DNA of 45,237 bases from a virus, in UHGV virus genome UHGV-1373231. One strand, 5' to 3'. The notes under the pieces are model-generated. The model saw only the letters and a list, made by a program, of their open reading frames with translations, did not search any database and had not been told where the DNA came from. Both the position numbers and the translations under genes were made by a program. This document shows, piece after piece, positions 9,371 through 18,992 of the stretch. Each line of letters begins with the position of its first letter. The first letter of the stretch is position 1.

Positions 9371-9583
9371 TTAAAATTTTTTGCTGACTCTTAATAAATC
9401 AGCATTAATACCGTAGATATAAGCTAAAGCATAAACGACCATACTTTTAGGTACCACATCTCCTTTTTCCCAAGCAATATATTGAGCTCTCGAAACACCT
9501 AGTTTATCTGCTATTTGCTGTTGTGTGTAATCAAATTCGTTTCGTGCGCCCTTCAAAGAAAAAGTTTCAATTGTATCTGTCAT
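9371..9583 (-). CDS. Cro-like XRE HTH regulator
   Basis: HTH motif TQQQIADKLGVSRAQYIAWEKG. It is the first gene of the leftward early operon. Confidence 0.65.
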   Translation of the reverse strand: MTDTIETFSLKGARNEFDYTQQQIADKLGVSRAQYIAWEKGDVVPKSMVVYALAYIYGINADLLRVSKKF

Positions 9584-9735
9584 ATTGTCACCTCCTTGTT
9601 AGGTATGCACCTAATTTACTACACTAAAAGTAAAGTGTCAACACATTAAGTAAACTTTTTATGAAAATAACTTTACTTTTTGTAAACTTTTTTATATAAT
9701 TTAGACAACACTTAAATAAGAAGAGAGGCAACCAA
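9584..9735. promoter_or_regulatory. divergent early promoter and operator region
   Basis: At least 4 copies of the half-site AAGTAAA(G/C)T, direct and inverted, at 9628-9695. A TATAAT hexamer at ~9697-9704 lies 30 bp upstream of the cI-like start. Confidence 0.5.
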
Positions 9736-10050
9736 ATGGCTAAAAAAATTCTTTCGAAAAATTTAAAAAATCTTTTAGAACGCAAAGGTAAAACTCAAAC
9801 AGATATGGCAAAAGATTTAGATTTAAAAGAATCAACGGTTAGTAGCTGGATAAACGCAGTTAAGTATCCAAGAAGAGATAAAATTGAATTACTTGCTGAT
9901 TATTTTGGCGTTATGCCCTCTGACATCACAGAAGATAAAACTGTACAACAAGATACAATGGCCGCTCATTTCGATAAAGACGACCTAACAGAAGAAGAAA
10001 TGAAAGAAGTTCAAGATTTTATTAAATTCATTAAAAGTAAAAGAAATTAA
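9736..10050 (+). CDS. short cI/ImmR-like XRE repressor with no S24 peptidase domain
   Basis: HTH motif KTQTDMAKDLDLKESTVSSWINA. The protein is 104 aa with an acidic C-terminus. Confidence 0.6.
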   Translation: MAKKILSKNLKNLLERKGKTQTDMAKDLDLKESTVSSWINAVKYPRRDKIELLADYFGVMPSDITEDKTVQQDTMAAHFDKDDLTEEEMKEVQDFIKFIKSKRN

Positions 10051-10064
10051 AAAGGGTGTATTGA

Positions 10065-10526
10065 ATGGGGTTATTTGAAGAATTATGTATAAGAAACGAC
10101 TGGATAGAAATAGAAGAAACTAATCGTTTACCTAAATTTCAACCCGGATTTTATATAAATGGGAAAATTTACATCAATAGTAACCTATCCGAAACACGCA
10201 AAGCCGAAGTCTTATACGAAGAATTAGCACATCATAAGCTTACATACGGAAACATCTTAGATCAATCTAAAGATATAAACCGCAAATTTGAAAACTACGC
10301 TAGGCGTTACGGATATGAAGCTGCCCTACCTTTGCACATCATTGTGGAGGCACATAATTATGGTATTAGTAACTTATATGAATTAGGTGAATATGTTCAA
10401 TTAAGCGAAGAATATATAGCAGAAATATTGAAACATTACAAAAATAAATATGGTATTGGAACTCACTTCGGAGAATACTTAATTACATTTGATCCGTTGA
10501 GAGTTTTTAAATATAAAGAAATATAA
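10065..10526 (+). CDS. ImmA/IrrE-like (DUF955) putative metallopeptidase
   Basis: A 153-aa protein just after the repressor. Its motif YEELAHHKL deviates from the canonical HEXXH. Confidence 0.4.
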   Translation: MGLFEELCIRNDWIEIEETNRLPKFQPGFYINGKIYINSNLSETRKAEVLYEELAHHKLTYGNILDQSKDINRKFENYARRYGYEAALPLHIIVEAHNYGISNLYELGEYVQLSEEYIAEILKHYKNKYGIGTHFGEYLITFDPLRVFKYKEI

Positions 10527-10542
10527 ACAAAGGAGAAATTTA

Positions 10543-11868
10543 ATGAAAACAGAAAATTTTAAAAAGCAATGGATAATGTGGACCATCCTTGTAACATCTT
10601 TGATTAGTATAGGCACTCCAGGTATTGCTATAATCCCTTTTGCTCTATCGATATATGCATTATCTAAATTAATAGTTGTTAAAAAAATTGCAGAACCTGA
10701 TGTGGCAACACTCCAAGAATTGAAAGAAAAAAATAAGAGTTTGGAAAGTGAAATACAAGAGTTGCAGAACTTAAAAATAGATTTGATGACAAATATAGAA
10801 AGAGGTACAAAAAAACTTGAGCAAATAACTAATTATCTAAATGAAAAATTGATTAAATATGATGTAGAGTTAACTTATCCTTTTGATTTACCAGAAGTAG
10901 ACTCGTCTGAAATTAATACACACATAAAAAAATTAGAAATGAGAGAAAGAGATTTAGTGAGTCTTGAAAAAGTGAAAATTTTTAATGATTCTAAAGAGAA
11001 TAAGAAACATCAAAATGCACAAGCTAAACAAATTATAAGATTGTTTAATGCTGAAACTTCTCAAATAATTAATAATGTAAACGGTAAAAACATTGAAAGT
11101 TTGCAGAACAAAATATTTAAAAGTTATGAAGGAATAAATAAAATTTTTGAAACTGATAATGTACGTATTCCAGAAGACTTACTAGACATAAAACTTGAGA
11201 TGTTAGACTTAAAACACAAACATAAAATTAAGCAAGAAGATGAAAAAATAGTCAGAAGAGAAGAGCGAGCTAGAATGAAAGAAATACAACAAGCCGAAAA
11301 AGAGATGGAGAAAAAATTAAAAGATCTTGATAAAGATATTAAACACCATAATAACGAAATCGAAAAACTGACTAAGTATCTTAATAACACTAACCTACAA
11401 GTCGAAAAAGAATTATATATTGAAAAAATTAAAGAATTAGACGAATCTCTCAAAAATTTAAGTTCTGAACGAGAAAATATAGAAGATAGAAAAGAAAATG
11501 CTCAGTCAGGATTTGTTTATGTAATATCTAATATCGGTTCGTTTGGAGAAAACGTTTATAAGATTGGAGTAACTCGAAGATTAGAACCTATGGACAGAAT
11601 TAATGAATTAAGTAGCGCTTCTGTTCCCTTTGAATTCGATGTACACGCTTTAATTTTTTCTGAAAATGCTTTTGAACTCGAAAGCAAATTGCACAATCAC
11701 TTTAAAAAATATAAAGTTAATAAAGTTAATGGAAGAAAAGAATTTTTTAAAGTTAATATCGATGAAATTAAGGATAAAATTTTATCAGAACACAATAATA
11801 CAGTCCAATTTACAGACGAACCAAAAGCTGTACAATACAGAGAAACTTTAAGGTTAACTTCACAATAA
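10543..11868 (+). CDS. DUF4041 + T5orf172 (MUG113/GIY-YIG-like) domain protein with an N-terminal TM segment
   Basis: N-terminal hydrophobic segment WIMWTILVTSLISIGTPGIAIIPFALSIYALSKLIVV, followed by a long K/E coiled coil. The C-terminus, GFVYVISNIGSFGENVYKIGVTRRLEPMDRINELS...FEFDVHALIF...KVNGRKEFF, matches T5orf172. Confidence 0.55.
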   Translation: MKTENFKKQWIMWTILVTSLISIGTPGIAIIPFALSIYALSKLIVVKKIAEPDVATLQELKEKNKSLESEIQELQNLKIDLMTNIERGTKKLEQITNYLNEKLIKYDVELTYPFDLPEVDSSEINTHIKKLEMRERDLVSLEKVKIFNDSKENKKHQNAQAKQIIRLFNAETSQIINNVNGKNIESLQNKIFKSYEGINKIFETDNVRIPEDLLDIKLEMLDLKHKHKIKQEDEKIVRREERARMKEIQQAEKEMEKKLKDLDKDIKHHNNEIEKLTKYLNNTNLQVEKELYIEKIKELDESLKNLSSERENIEDRKENAQSGFVYVISNIGSFGENVYKIGVTRRLEPMDRINELSSASVPFEFDVHALIFSENAFELESKLHNHFKKYKVNKVNGRKEFFKVNIDEIKDKILSEHNNTVQFTDEPKAVQYRETLRLTSQ

Positions 11869-11917
11869 AATTATGGGTAGCATGTCTACCCTTATTATTT
11901 TTTTACTTTTTTAGGGA

Positions 11918-13297
11918 GTGATGAATTATGAACGTAGCTATTTACGTTCGTGTCAGGTCAGTACGCTAGAGCAAAAAGAACATGGATATTCTATTGAAGA
12001 ACAAGAAAGAAAGCTCAAATCATTTTGCGAGATAAACGACTGGAGTGTATCAGATGTATTTATTGACGCTGGTTTCTCTGGTGCTAAACGTGAGCGACCA
12101 GAATTAAAACGAATGATGAACGATATTAAACGGTTTGATTTAGTTTTAGTGTATAAGTTAGACAGGCTTACACGTAATGTGCGTGATCTACTTGATTTAT
12201 TAGAGGTATTCGAACAGAATAACGTAGCATTCAGAAGTGCTACTGAAGTTTATGATACATCTACAGCTATGGGTAGACTGTTTGTTACGTTAGTTGGTGC
12301 TATGGCAGAGTGGGAAAGAGAAACCATTAGAGAGCGTGTTATGATGGGTAAACGCGCAGCGATTAAACAAGGTATGATACTCACACCACCACCCTTTTAT
12401 TATGATCGTGTAGATAACACTTACATTCCTAATGATTATAAAAAAGTAGTTTTATGGGCATATGACGAAGTGATGAAAGGTAATAGTTCAAAAGCTATAG
12501 CTAGAAAATTAAACGATTCAGATATACCACCTCCTAATGGCAAAAGGTGGGAAGATAGAACAATAACGAGAGCGCTAAGAAACCCTATAACAAGAGGTCA
12601 TTATACTTGGGGAGATGTATTTATAGAAAACTCTCACGAGCCTATTATTACCGAAGAAATGTATCAACAAATAAAAGAAAGGCTAGAAGAACGAATCAAT
12701 ACTAAAATAGTCAGTCACGTATCAGTGTTCAGAGGTAAATTTATTTGCCCGAGATGTGGTGGCACATTAACAATGAACACAGCAACAAGAAAGAGAAAGA
12801 AAGGGTATGTTACTTATAAAACATATTATTGCAACACATGTAAGACTAAAAAACAAAGTTTCGGTTTTTCAGAGAATGAAGCATTGAGAGTGTTTCGTGA
12901 TTACCTATCTAAACTAGACTTAGATAAATATGAAGTAAAGACAAAACAAAAAGACGATGTCGTTACTATTGATATAGACAAGATCATGGAACAACGTAAA
13001 AGGTATCATAAATTATATGCTAAAGGGTTAATGCAAGAAGAAGAATTATTTGAATTGATTAAAGAAACAGACGAAACAATAGCAGAATATGAAAAGCAAA
13101 AAGAATTAGTACCCAGAAAATCACTAGATATAGATAAGATAAAAAAATTTAAAAATGCATTATTGGAATCATGGAAAATATTCTCGTTGGAAGATAAAGC
13201 AGATTTTATTAAAATGGCTATTAAATCTATTGACATAGATTATGTAAAACTTAAAAACAGGCATTCTATCAAAATAAATGATATAGAATTTTATTAA
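11918..13297 (+). CDS. int: large serine recombinase (TP901-1-like integrase), apparently frameshifted at the N-terminus
   Basis: VSTLEQKEHGYSIEEQ...LVLVYKLDRLTRNVRDLL is a resolvase catalytic domain. A Cys-rich recombinase zinc ribbon and a C-terminal coiled coil follow. The RBS-served ATG at 11928 encodes MNVAIYVRV but hits a stop after 13 codons, because GTCAG is duplicated. Confidence 0.8.
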   Translation: MMNYERSYLRSCQVSTLEQKEHGYSIEEQERKLKSFCEINDWSVSDVFIDAGFSGAKRERPELKRMMNDIKRFDLVLVYKLDRLTRNVRDLLDLLEVFEQNNVAFRSATEVYDTSTAMGRLFVTLVGAMAEWERETIRERVMMGKRAAIKQGMILTPPPFYYDRVDNTYIPNDYKKVVLWAYDEVMKGNSSKAIARKLNDSDIPPPNGKRWEDRTITRALRNPITRGHYTWGDVFIENSHEPIITEEMYQQIKERLEERINTKIVSHVSVFRGKFICPRCGGTLTMNTATRKRKKGYVTYKTYYCNTCKTKKQSFGFSENEALRVFRDYLSKLDLDKYEVKTKQKDDVVTIDIDKIMEQRKRYHKLYAKGLMQEEELFELIKETDETIAEYEKQKELVPRKSLDIDKIKKFKNALLESWKIFSLEDKADFIKMAIKSIDIDYVKLKNRHSIKINDIEFY

Positions 13298-13303
13298 CTT
13301 ATG

Positions 13304-13351
13304 TACGGAAGTATAGACACTCGATTAATATTTAATGTGTATACTTCCGTA
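13304..13351. other. candidate attP (48-bp imperfect inverted repeat) immediately 3' of int
   Basis: TACGGAAGTATA...24 bp...TATACTTCCGTA, with weaker flanking symmetry. No T-tract follows on the plus strand, so it is not a simple int terminator. Confidence 0.4.
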
Positions 13352-13380
13352 AAAATAACCACGCTCATAAAGAACGTGGT
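13351..13380 (-). terminator. rho-independent terminator for the minus-strand lysis operon
   Basis: ACCACG-N11-CGTGGT stem, followed on the minus strand by UAUUUUU. Confidence 0.35.
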
Positions 13381-13576
13381 AGCAAAATTTATAAAGGAGT
13401 AAAAAAGATTAAATTGTATGTAATTTAATTGTAGCACAGACCGTGTAACCAATGTAGTGTTAAACTATGTTTTTTTAATATCAATCTATCATCTACATAT
13501 TATAGACATAATTATAATTTATAAGAGGGTAGCCATAGCGACTACCCTTGTATAATGACGTGGTAATTCAATTATA

Positions 13577-14980
13577 TCATTTCCAGTGTATTTTACCCCA
13601 GTATTTTTCATTTTTGATTTTTTGTTGTTTGTCTGTGATTTTACAAACGGCACAATAGAAATGTTTATTACTTGAGCCTGGCTTAACATATTTAAATCTA
13701 ATCCACCAATACCCATCTTTTTTGATTACTTGGTCGAAAGGAACATAATTCCCCTTGTATAACCACGAACCACTTTCAACTACACTCCCTTTAAGTCCAG
13801 GTGACTTACGTACTTTAATAGTACTGTTAGCAGTGAATTTACCTCCCCAGTTCCACGTTGTTTTAGCTTTAGACGGTTTGCTCTTAGGTGCATTGATTTG
13901 TCTACCGTTAATAGCTTCGGCAAGTCGTTTAGTAAACTCATTGACGTTCTTAGTGATATAGTTCATGTCTTTTTTACTAGTGATGAAGCCTAATTCTATT
14001 AATCTGTAATTCAAATTAAGTTGTCCGGTAACATTAGCGTTTAATAAATCGTTTCTAGGTGTTACACCTCTAATTTTACCAACCGTCTTACCTAATGCGC
14101 TAGATAACGCTTTGTCTATATCATCTGCAGGATACCTGTCACTTACAATGACATGACCACCACTTGCTTGAGGGCTTGCAGCGTCTAAGTGGAATTCTAC
14201 AATGACATCAGGCTTAACATTCTTTTTAACCCAATATAAACCATAGTCGGAATAATTACCTACACGTTGTCCATATAACGTATCTTGATACAAGTCTTGA
14301 TTCATTGATTTGCCACCGTATAAAACAACTGTATTACCTACACTTTCAAGATATTTCTTTATTCTAGGAATAATTTCCTTTCTATTGAAGTCACGTTCAT
14401 TATATCCGTTTGCTACGGCACCTGGATCATTTGAATAAGCACCTTTACCATGACCTGCAACAAGCAAGATTTTCTTACCTTTCTTAGCTTTTGCTTTCTT
14501 AACTGGTTTAGCTTTACTTTTAACTTTGTTCTTAGTCGTTTCTTTAGCGTAGAAAGGTCTAATAAACCACATAGGGAAGTCGTAGCCATGTGTACGTCTT
14601 GTAGTAACTTCAGGAGGTGTCCAATACGCACCGCCAACCCAATTTTGCTCCAGTATAGTTATAGAGTTAGAAGTAGCAGAAATAACGATACCTACGTGAC
14701 CATAACCCCCACCATAATTTCTATTGAATATTACAACATCTCCAGGCTTAGCTAAAAATGATAGTGTATTCTCATAAACAGTAGCTTCTCCTGTAAAATT
14801 GTTCCATGTCGGAATGTCTGCAGCACCCACACCTTTTAAAGTATGACCGAATAAATAAAGCCAATATTGGTTAGCTACGTCGAAACATTGGAAACCATAA
14901 GCACCGTCAGGGTTTAACGCTTTGCCCTCTAAACTTTTTAAATATGCAATTGATTGCTTATATGTTCTAACAGATACCAT
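13577..14980 (-). CDS. endolysin: CHAP + amidase_3 + SH3b
   Basis: CHAP: GFQCFDVAN...GHVGIV. Amidase_3: [17 protein letters not shown]. The C-terminus is an SH3_5-like wall-binding domain. Confidence 0.85.
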   Translation of the reverse strand: MVSVRTYKQSIAYLKSLEGKALNPDGAYGFQCFDVANQYWLYLFGHTLKGVGAADIPTWNNFTGEATVYENTLSFLAKPGDVVIFNRNYGGGYGHVGIVISATSNSITILEQNWVGGAYWTPPEVTTRRTHGYDFPMWFIRPFYAKETTKNKVKSKAKPVKKAKAKKGKKILLVAGHGKGAYSNDPGAVANGYNERDFNRKEIIPRIKKYLESVGNTVVLYGGKSMNQDLYQDTLYGQRVGNYSDYGLYWVKKNVKPDVIVEFHLDAASPQASGGHVIVSDRYPADDIDKALSSALGKTVGKIRGVTPRNDLLNANVTGQLNLNYRLIELGFITSKKDMNYITKNVNEFTKRLAEAINGRQINAPKSKPSKAKTTWNWGGKFTANSTIKVRKSPGLKGSVVESGSWLYKGNYVPFDQVIKKDGYWWIRFKYVKPGSSNKHFYCAVCKITDKQQKIKNEKYWGKIHWK

Positions 14981-15255
14981 TAGAAATCATCTCCATTCGT
15001 TTGAGGCGCACCACCTGTAGAATTTGTTCCAGCTTTAACTTCATGCAATTTTTGTTGCCCTTTTTGTGCCGCGCGAGAGAAATTATTATTTTTCCACCAT
15101 GTCCACAGGGAAACTGCACCAGTGATAATAGAGCTGATAGTCACTTCATCTACTGGAATAGGCGAAATGTTTTTAGTAGCTAAAAATTGGTTAACCCAAG
15201 CTAAAATAAATACGATTGTTCTTACAATTGAACCTACATCTGTTTTCATACTCAT
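14980..15255 (-). CDS. holin
   Basis: A 91-aa protein with two TM segments, immediately upstream of the endolysin, with RBS AAAGGAG. Confidence 0.65.
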   Translation of the reverse strand: MSMKTDVGSIVRTIVFILAWVNQFLATKNISPIPVDEVTISSIITGAVSLWTWWKNNNFSRAAQKGQQKLHEVKAGTNSTGGAPQTNGDDF

Positions 15256-15271
15256 ATCTCCTTTTAGATAA

Positions 15272-15298
15272 ATTAAAAAGCCAACGCAAAACGTCGGC
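15272..15298 (-). terminator. candidate intrinsic terminator or attenuator upstream of the holin
   Basis: GCCGACG-uuuug-CGUUGGC stem followed by UUUUU on the minus strand. Confidence 0.3.
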
Positions 15299-15309
15299 TG
15301 TCAATTATT

Positions 15310-15426
15310 CTATACATTCACTTTTTCTGGATCATATTCAATACCTGTTAACTCTAAATATTCTTCCGGTGTTACAAACCCTCTTTTTACAAATAAAGCA
15401 AATTGTTCGTTAGTGTAGTAACCCAT
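15310..15426 (-). CDS. XkdX-family small phage protein (38 aa), not in the ORF track
   Basis: MGYYTNEQFALFVKRGFVTPEEYLELTGIEYDPEKVNV resembles the XkdX signature (YYT.EQ...V..G.IT.EEY.EITG). Confidence 0.5.
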   Translation of the reverse strand: MGYYTNEQFALFVKRGFVTPEEYLELTGIEYDPEKVNV

Positions 15427-15448
15427 TTTATAATATTTAACTCCGATA

Positions 15449-15802
15449 TCATGCATTTGTTGTGCCTCCTAAAATTTGAATAGTTAAATCTGATATATCT
15501 TTTCTAACATCCATTAATTCTTCTTGAGTTTTTAACAACTCTAAAGATAGGTCAGCTATAATATCTTCTTTTTCATTGTTTTTATTTGTCGTATCTTCAT
15601 TTTCGCTTTTCGGTTGTGAGTCTTCCCAATTTTCTTTAGTATTGCCAATCCATTGTTTACCATCAAAATGACAAGGAGTATATATTCCTTCTGGAGGTTC
15701 TATATCAGTCCATTGTCCTTTAGGATATTCCATTTCTCCATTGTGATTTTCAATAACTAAATATGGTGTGCCATCATAAAAATAAATTTGCTTTGTCTTC
15801 AT
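15449..15802 (-). CDS. hypothetical protein (XkdW-position)
   Basis: ORF between the fibre gene and XkdX. Confidence 0.4.
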   Translation of the reverse strand: MKTKQIYFYDGTPYLVIENHNGEMEYPKGQWTDIEPPEGIYTPCHFDGKQWIGNTKENWEDSQPKSENEDTTNKNNEKEDIIADLSLELLKTQEELMDVRKDISDLTIQILGGTTNA

Positions 15803-15813
15803 ATTCCCGCCTC

Positions 15814-16929
15814 CTATAAAACGACTATTCCTTCGATGTAATAAGCGCCATAAGGCATTGCTTCACTTTTAGGGTCAAATGTTATTTTTAAATCTCCACT
15901 TTGAGTTATAGTCACGTTGTAGATGATTAATTGAGATGAATTAACGCCCGCTTTTGTATATTGTTTATAATCTTTCACCTTATCCGAGATGTTTTTCGGG
16001 AGTTTCGCAAAAATCATTTCTTTACTGTTAATGGAACTTACTGCACCTTTTATAAATAGCATTTCTGTATCATTAATAGAGATTAATTTATACATTGGCT
16101 TGTTAAGTGTCCCAGCTTGTGTAATTCCGTTCACAAGAGGAAGTGTTTGCCAGCCTGTGTCAGTACCTTTAGCCTTTAACTGGTCTAATTGTTCTTGTGT
16201 GAAATCGTTATACGTGAATGGTTTACCGTCTTTTCCAGGAACACCTTGTATACCCTGTTCTCCTTTTAAATCTGCAAGTTGTTCTGATGTAAAATCTTCA
16301 TAACGGAACGGCTCTCCTTTAGGGCCTTGAGGGCCTGGATTACCATTTATACCATCGATACCATTAATACCATTTTTACCATCTTTACCGTCTTGTCCTG
16401 CTGGACCTTGTTCTCCAGTATCTCCTTTAGGTCCTTTGAAGATATCTACATTGTCTTTCATTACTTTTTCTACGATATCATCTAGTAATTCCACACGTAT
16501 TTCTTTTCCTACACTTTTAGTTATACCGCTGTCGTTAACAGTAAAATAAAAGTTAGCAACATGTGTGCTATCGTTATTTTCAGGATTTTCTAAGAATAAT
16601 TTACATTGCATTTGCCCTACATGTTTAGTGATATATTCAGGGATAATATATCTTACAAAGCCTTCTTCAGCTTTAACTATTTCTAATGACTCATTAGTGA
16701 ATATAGACCCATCTTGTGCAAAAACATGTAATACAGGTTTGAATTTCGTCTGATTGAAATTCACAGAGATGTATTCTTGATTTTCATTAATAATGTTCTT
16801 TTTCTTAATATGGATATCAATAACAGATGTCTTGTTATCCATTGTGTACAGATTAACGTTTATGCTGCCTAAATCAACGCCATTTTCATTGATGATTGTA
16901 TTAACTGTACCAGTTTTGTACGTTTCCAT
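15814..16929 (-). CDS. collagen-like repeat tail fibre protein
   Basis: G-X-Y run [41 protein letters not shown]. An internal duplicated FxYxDFTxEQL motif is present. Confidence 0.65.
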   Translation of the reverse strand: METYKTGTVNTIINENGVDLGSINVNLYTMDNKTSVIDIHIKKKNIINENQEYISVNFNQTKFKPVLHVFAQDGSIFTNESLEIVKAEEGFVRYIIPEYITKHVGQMQCKLFLENPENNDSTHVANFYFTVNDSGITKSVGKEIRVELLDDIVEKVMKDNVDIFKGPKGDTGEQGPAGQDGKDGKNGINGIDGINGNPGPQGPKGEPFRYEDFTSEQLADLKGEQGIQGVPGKDGKPFTYNDFTQEQLDQLKAKGTDTGWQTLPLVNGITQAGTLNKPMYKLISINDTEMLFIKGAVSSINSKEMIFAKLPKNISDKVKDYKQYTKAGVNSSQLIIYNVTITQSGDLKITFDPKSEAMPYGAYYIEGIVVL

Positions 16930-16983
16930 TTAAACACCTCTTTTTAATAATTTAGGGCTACATGCTGTCAGCACATAGCCCTG

Positions 16984-18747
16984 TTATTTGTATCTGTCTC
17001 TAATAAAATGTTCACCTTTAATTCCGATTTTGTCATACAGATTTTTGATGGTTGTTGCCTGAACTTGTGCCCAGCGTACGTCGGTAGCGTATTGATGATT
17101 ACCTGGATGTCTAGGGTTCCATCGCATACGATAAAGTGTATTTTGACCTTTGCTGATATAACCTTGTCTTACAAATCTAGCGCCGCCAATAATACCTTTA
17201 GCGGGCGTCGTCCAACCACGACTTCTTGCATAAGGGATAGCATTATCAGGGTTCCAATCATACGCACCAATACCAAAGTAGTTATAAACACCAGCACGAC
17301 CACTTGAGAAGTAAGATGTACCATAACCACTCTCAAGGAAGGCATGTGCAATTAAGTATATTTCATTAAGGTTATACTTCTTACAAGCATAAGCAACTGC
17401 TTTACCTTGCCCGGATAAAGAACCTTTACCTCTCAGTATTTTATTAAGTGCTGAAACTGAAATACCTTGATACTTACCTAAATTAAGCATTTGATATTTT
17501 TGCGTTTTACTATTCCATATTTTTAAAGAGTTCATAGCATTAAGGGTTGCCGAATAACTGGCACCATACCAACCATTACCATAGTTGATTTGAGGAGATT
17601 TAGTCATTTGAATAGCTACGGCTCTTTTGAATGAATAAGCACTTCTGGAAATCACCACAGAAGGTTCTTTGCTTCCTTTTTTAGTTGTCGTTGTAGTTTT
17701 GTTTTTGTTAACACTAGAAGCAGAAACAGTAACTTTAATTGTTTTTGTTTTAACTTTATCTTTAGGTATTTCAGAAAGTAATTTCTTACTGTTTTTATAA
17801 AGGTATAAAAGACCATTAATGGTTTTATCTACATTTTTCTTAGGTGGTAACCCATTGAGTGATATATCCCAATCTCCGTGCTCATATACACTTCTCCAAA
17901 TATTAGATGTATCAACTTCAATAGAAGATGGTTTAACTGGTATACCTTGATATTTCATTCTTGAAACTGCTTGCAACATCGTGTGTATTTCATTGACTAT
18001 AAAATCATCTTTACTTGCTGATAAATCTTGGCAAACTTCAATGACAATATTGTCTGGGTGGCTTGGTACTTCGTACATCTCTAATCTCGGTTGCCATATA
18101 TGATTTCTATCTATGAAGTAGTGGGGATATTCTTTGTCAGTTAGATATTTTTCTCTGTCAAAGTATAAGTCAAGCACAGAACACATCGTATTCGCATTTC
18201 TTATAGTCACTTTTTTAGGATTATATCCTCTATCTTTACCTTGTACGATATCGTGAGGGATAAATTCAGGATATGTTGGTTCTTCATCGTCAATAGTGAA
18301 ATTGATGTGTGTTTGTTTCTTTTTGATTGTGACTGTTTTATTGTTGTCTGTTGCCGTATTACTTGAACTACTTGAGCTATCGCTAGGCTTAGGCGGGTTT
18401 TTCTCTGCTTTGTATGGCGGTCTAACAAAATAGATATTCCCGCCGTTACCGTTATAGTTATGATTAACAAAAGCCGCTCTTGATCCACTCCATTGATTAG
18501 AACCCACCCAGTTCTGATCCACACATTTAAAGTGTGATTTATCACTAGGACCAACAACTATTGCAGTATGTCCAGCCCAACCATAAGTCCATACTGCTAT
18601 ATCACCAGGCTTAGGTGTGAAACTAGATGTATTTCTATAAATTTTCCACGATCTATTAGGGTATTGACTACGATTTGCCATAGCATTTGCATTTCCCCAA
18701 GTTCTAAAATGCCAATATCTTTGAAAAATATAGTTAGGTAGATCCCA
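16984..18747 (-). CDS. tail-associated peptidoglycan hydrolase, exon 2 (rest of the CHAP domain plus a C-terminal glucosaminidase domain)
   Basis: Starts WDLPNYIFQRYWHFRTWGNANAM..., the continuation of a CHAP domain. The C-terminus is a mannosyl-glycoprotein endo-beta-N-acetylglucosaminidase domain. Confidence 0.6.
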   Translation of the reverse strand, partial: WDLPNYIFQRYWHFRTWGNANAMANRSQYPNRSWKIYRNTSSFTPKPGDIAVWTYGWAGHTAIVVGPSDKSHFKCVDQNWVGSNQWSGSRAAFVNHNYNGNGGNIYFVRPPYKAEKNPPKPSDSSSSSSNTATDNNKTVTIKKKQTHINFTIDDEEPTYPEFIPHDIVQGKDRGYNPKKVTIRNANTMCSVLDLYFDREKYLTDKEYPHYFIDRNHIWQPRLEMYEVPSHPDNIVIEVCQDLSASKDDFIVNEIHTMLQAVSRMKYQGIPVKPSSIEVDTSNIWRSVYEHGDWDISLNGLPPKKNVDKTINGLLYLYKNSKKLLSEIPKDKVKTKTIKVTVSASSVNKNKTTTTTKKGSKEPSVVISRSAYSFKRAVAIQMTKSPQINYGNGWYGASYSATLNAMNSLKIWNSKTQKYQMLNLGKYQGISVSALNKILRGKGSLSGQGKAVAYACKKYNLNEIYLIAHAFLESGYGTSYFSSGRAGVYNYFGIGAYDWNPDNAIPYARSRGWTTPAKGIIGGARFVRQGYISKGQNTLYRMRWNPRHPGNHQYATDVRWAQVQATTIKNLYDKIGIKGEHFIRDRYK

Positions 18748-18992
18748 CAATATTGTTACGATAGTATTCGCTACTTACTACCTTCTTCATATTTCTATGA
18801 ATGTTCAGACTATATCATCAACCCAATAGGTTGCTCCCCGTTTCCACTCGCTTGAGCGTACGTCTTTCGACTAGTCGTTGCACGTTCCTATCTCTAGGCT
18901 TCGCTCATGATTGCCCTCGTCTTTACGTTAGGGGTTCCCATGAATTAGAGGAGTTTTCATTAATGATTACTCACTAATGGTGCTGAAAGTTA
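18748..18992 (-). mobile_element. group I self-splicing intron (245 nt, no ORF) in the tail hydrolase gene
   Basis: Exon 1 ends in U (..CAGUGU) and the intron ends in G (..AAUAUUG). The intron carries R-like GUGCAACGACUAGUC and S-like GAUAUAGUCUG core elements. Its GC content is well above the flanks. Confidence 0.6.

Noticed and set aside
11124-11453. 109-aa minus-strand ORF inside the DUF4041/T5orf172 gene
   Set aside because: It is antisense to a well-supported plus-strand CDS with a strong RBS, and its composition is low-complexity.
13519-13716. 65-aa minus-strand ORF overlapping the 3' end of the endolysin gene
   Set aside because: It is out of frame inside the SH3b-encoding region, with no independent signal.
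13577-14980. Possible third intron in the endolysin or terL, which are common intron hosts in staphylococcal phages
   Set aside because: Both ORFs are full length with contiguous domains. No split motifs or GC-rich inserts were seen.
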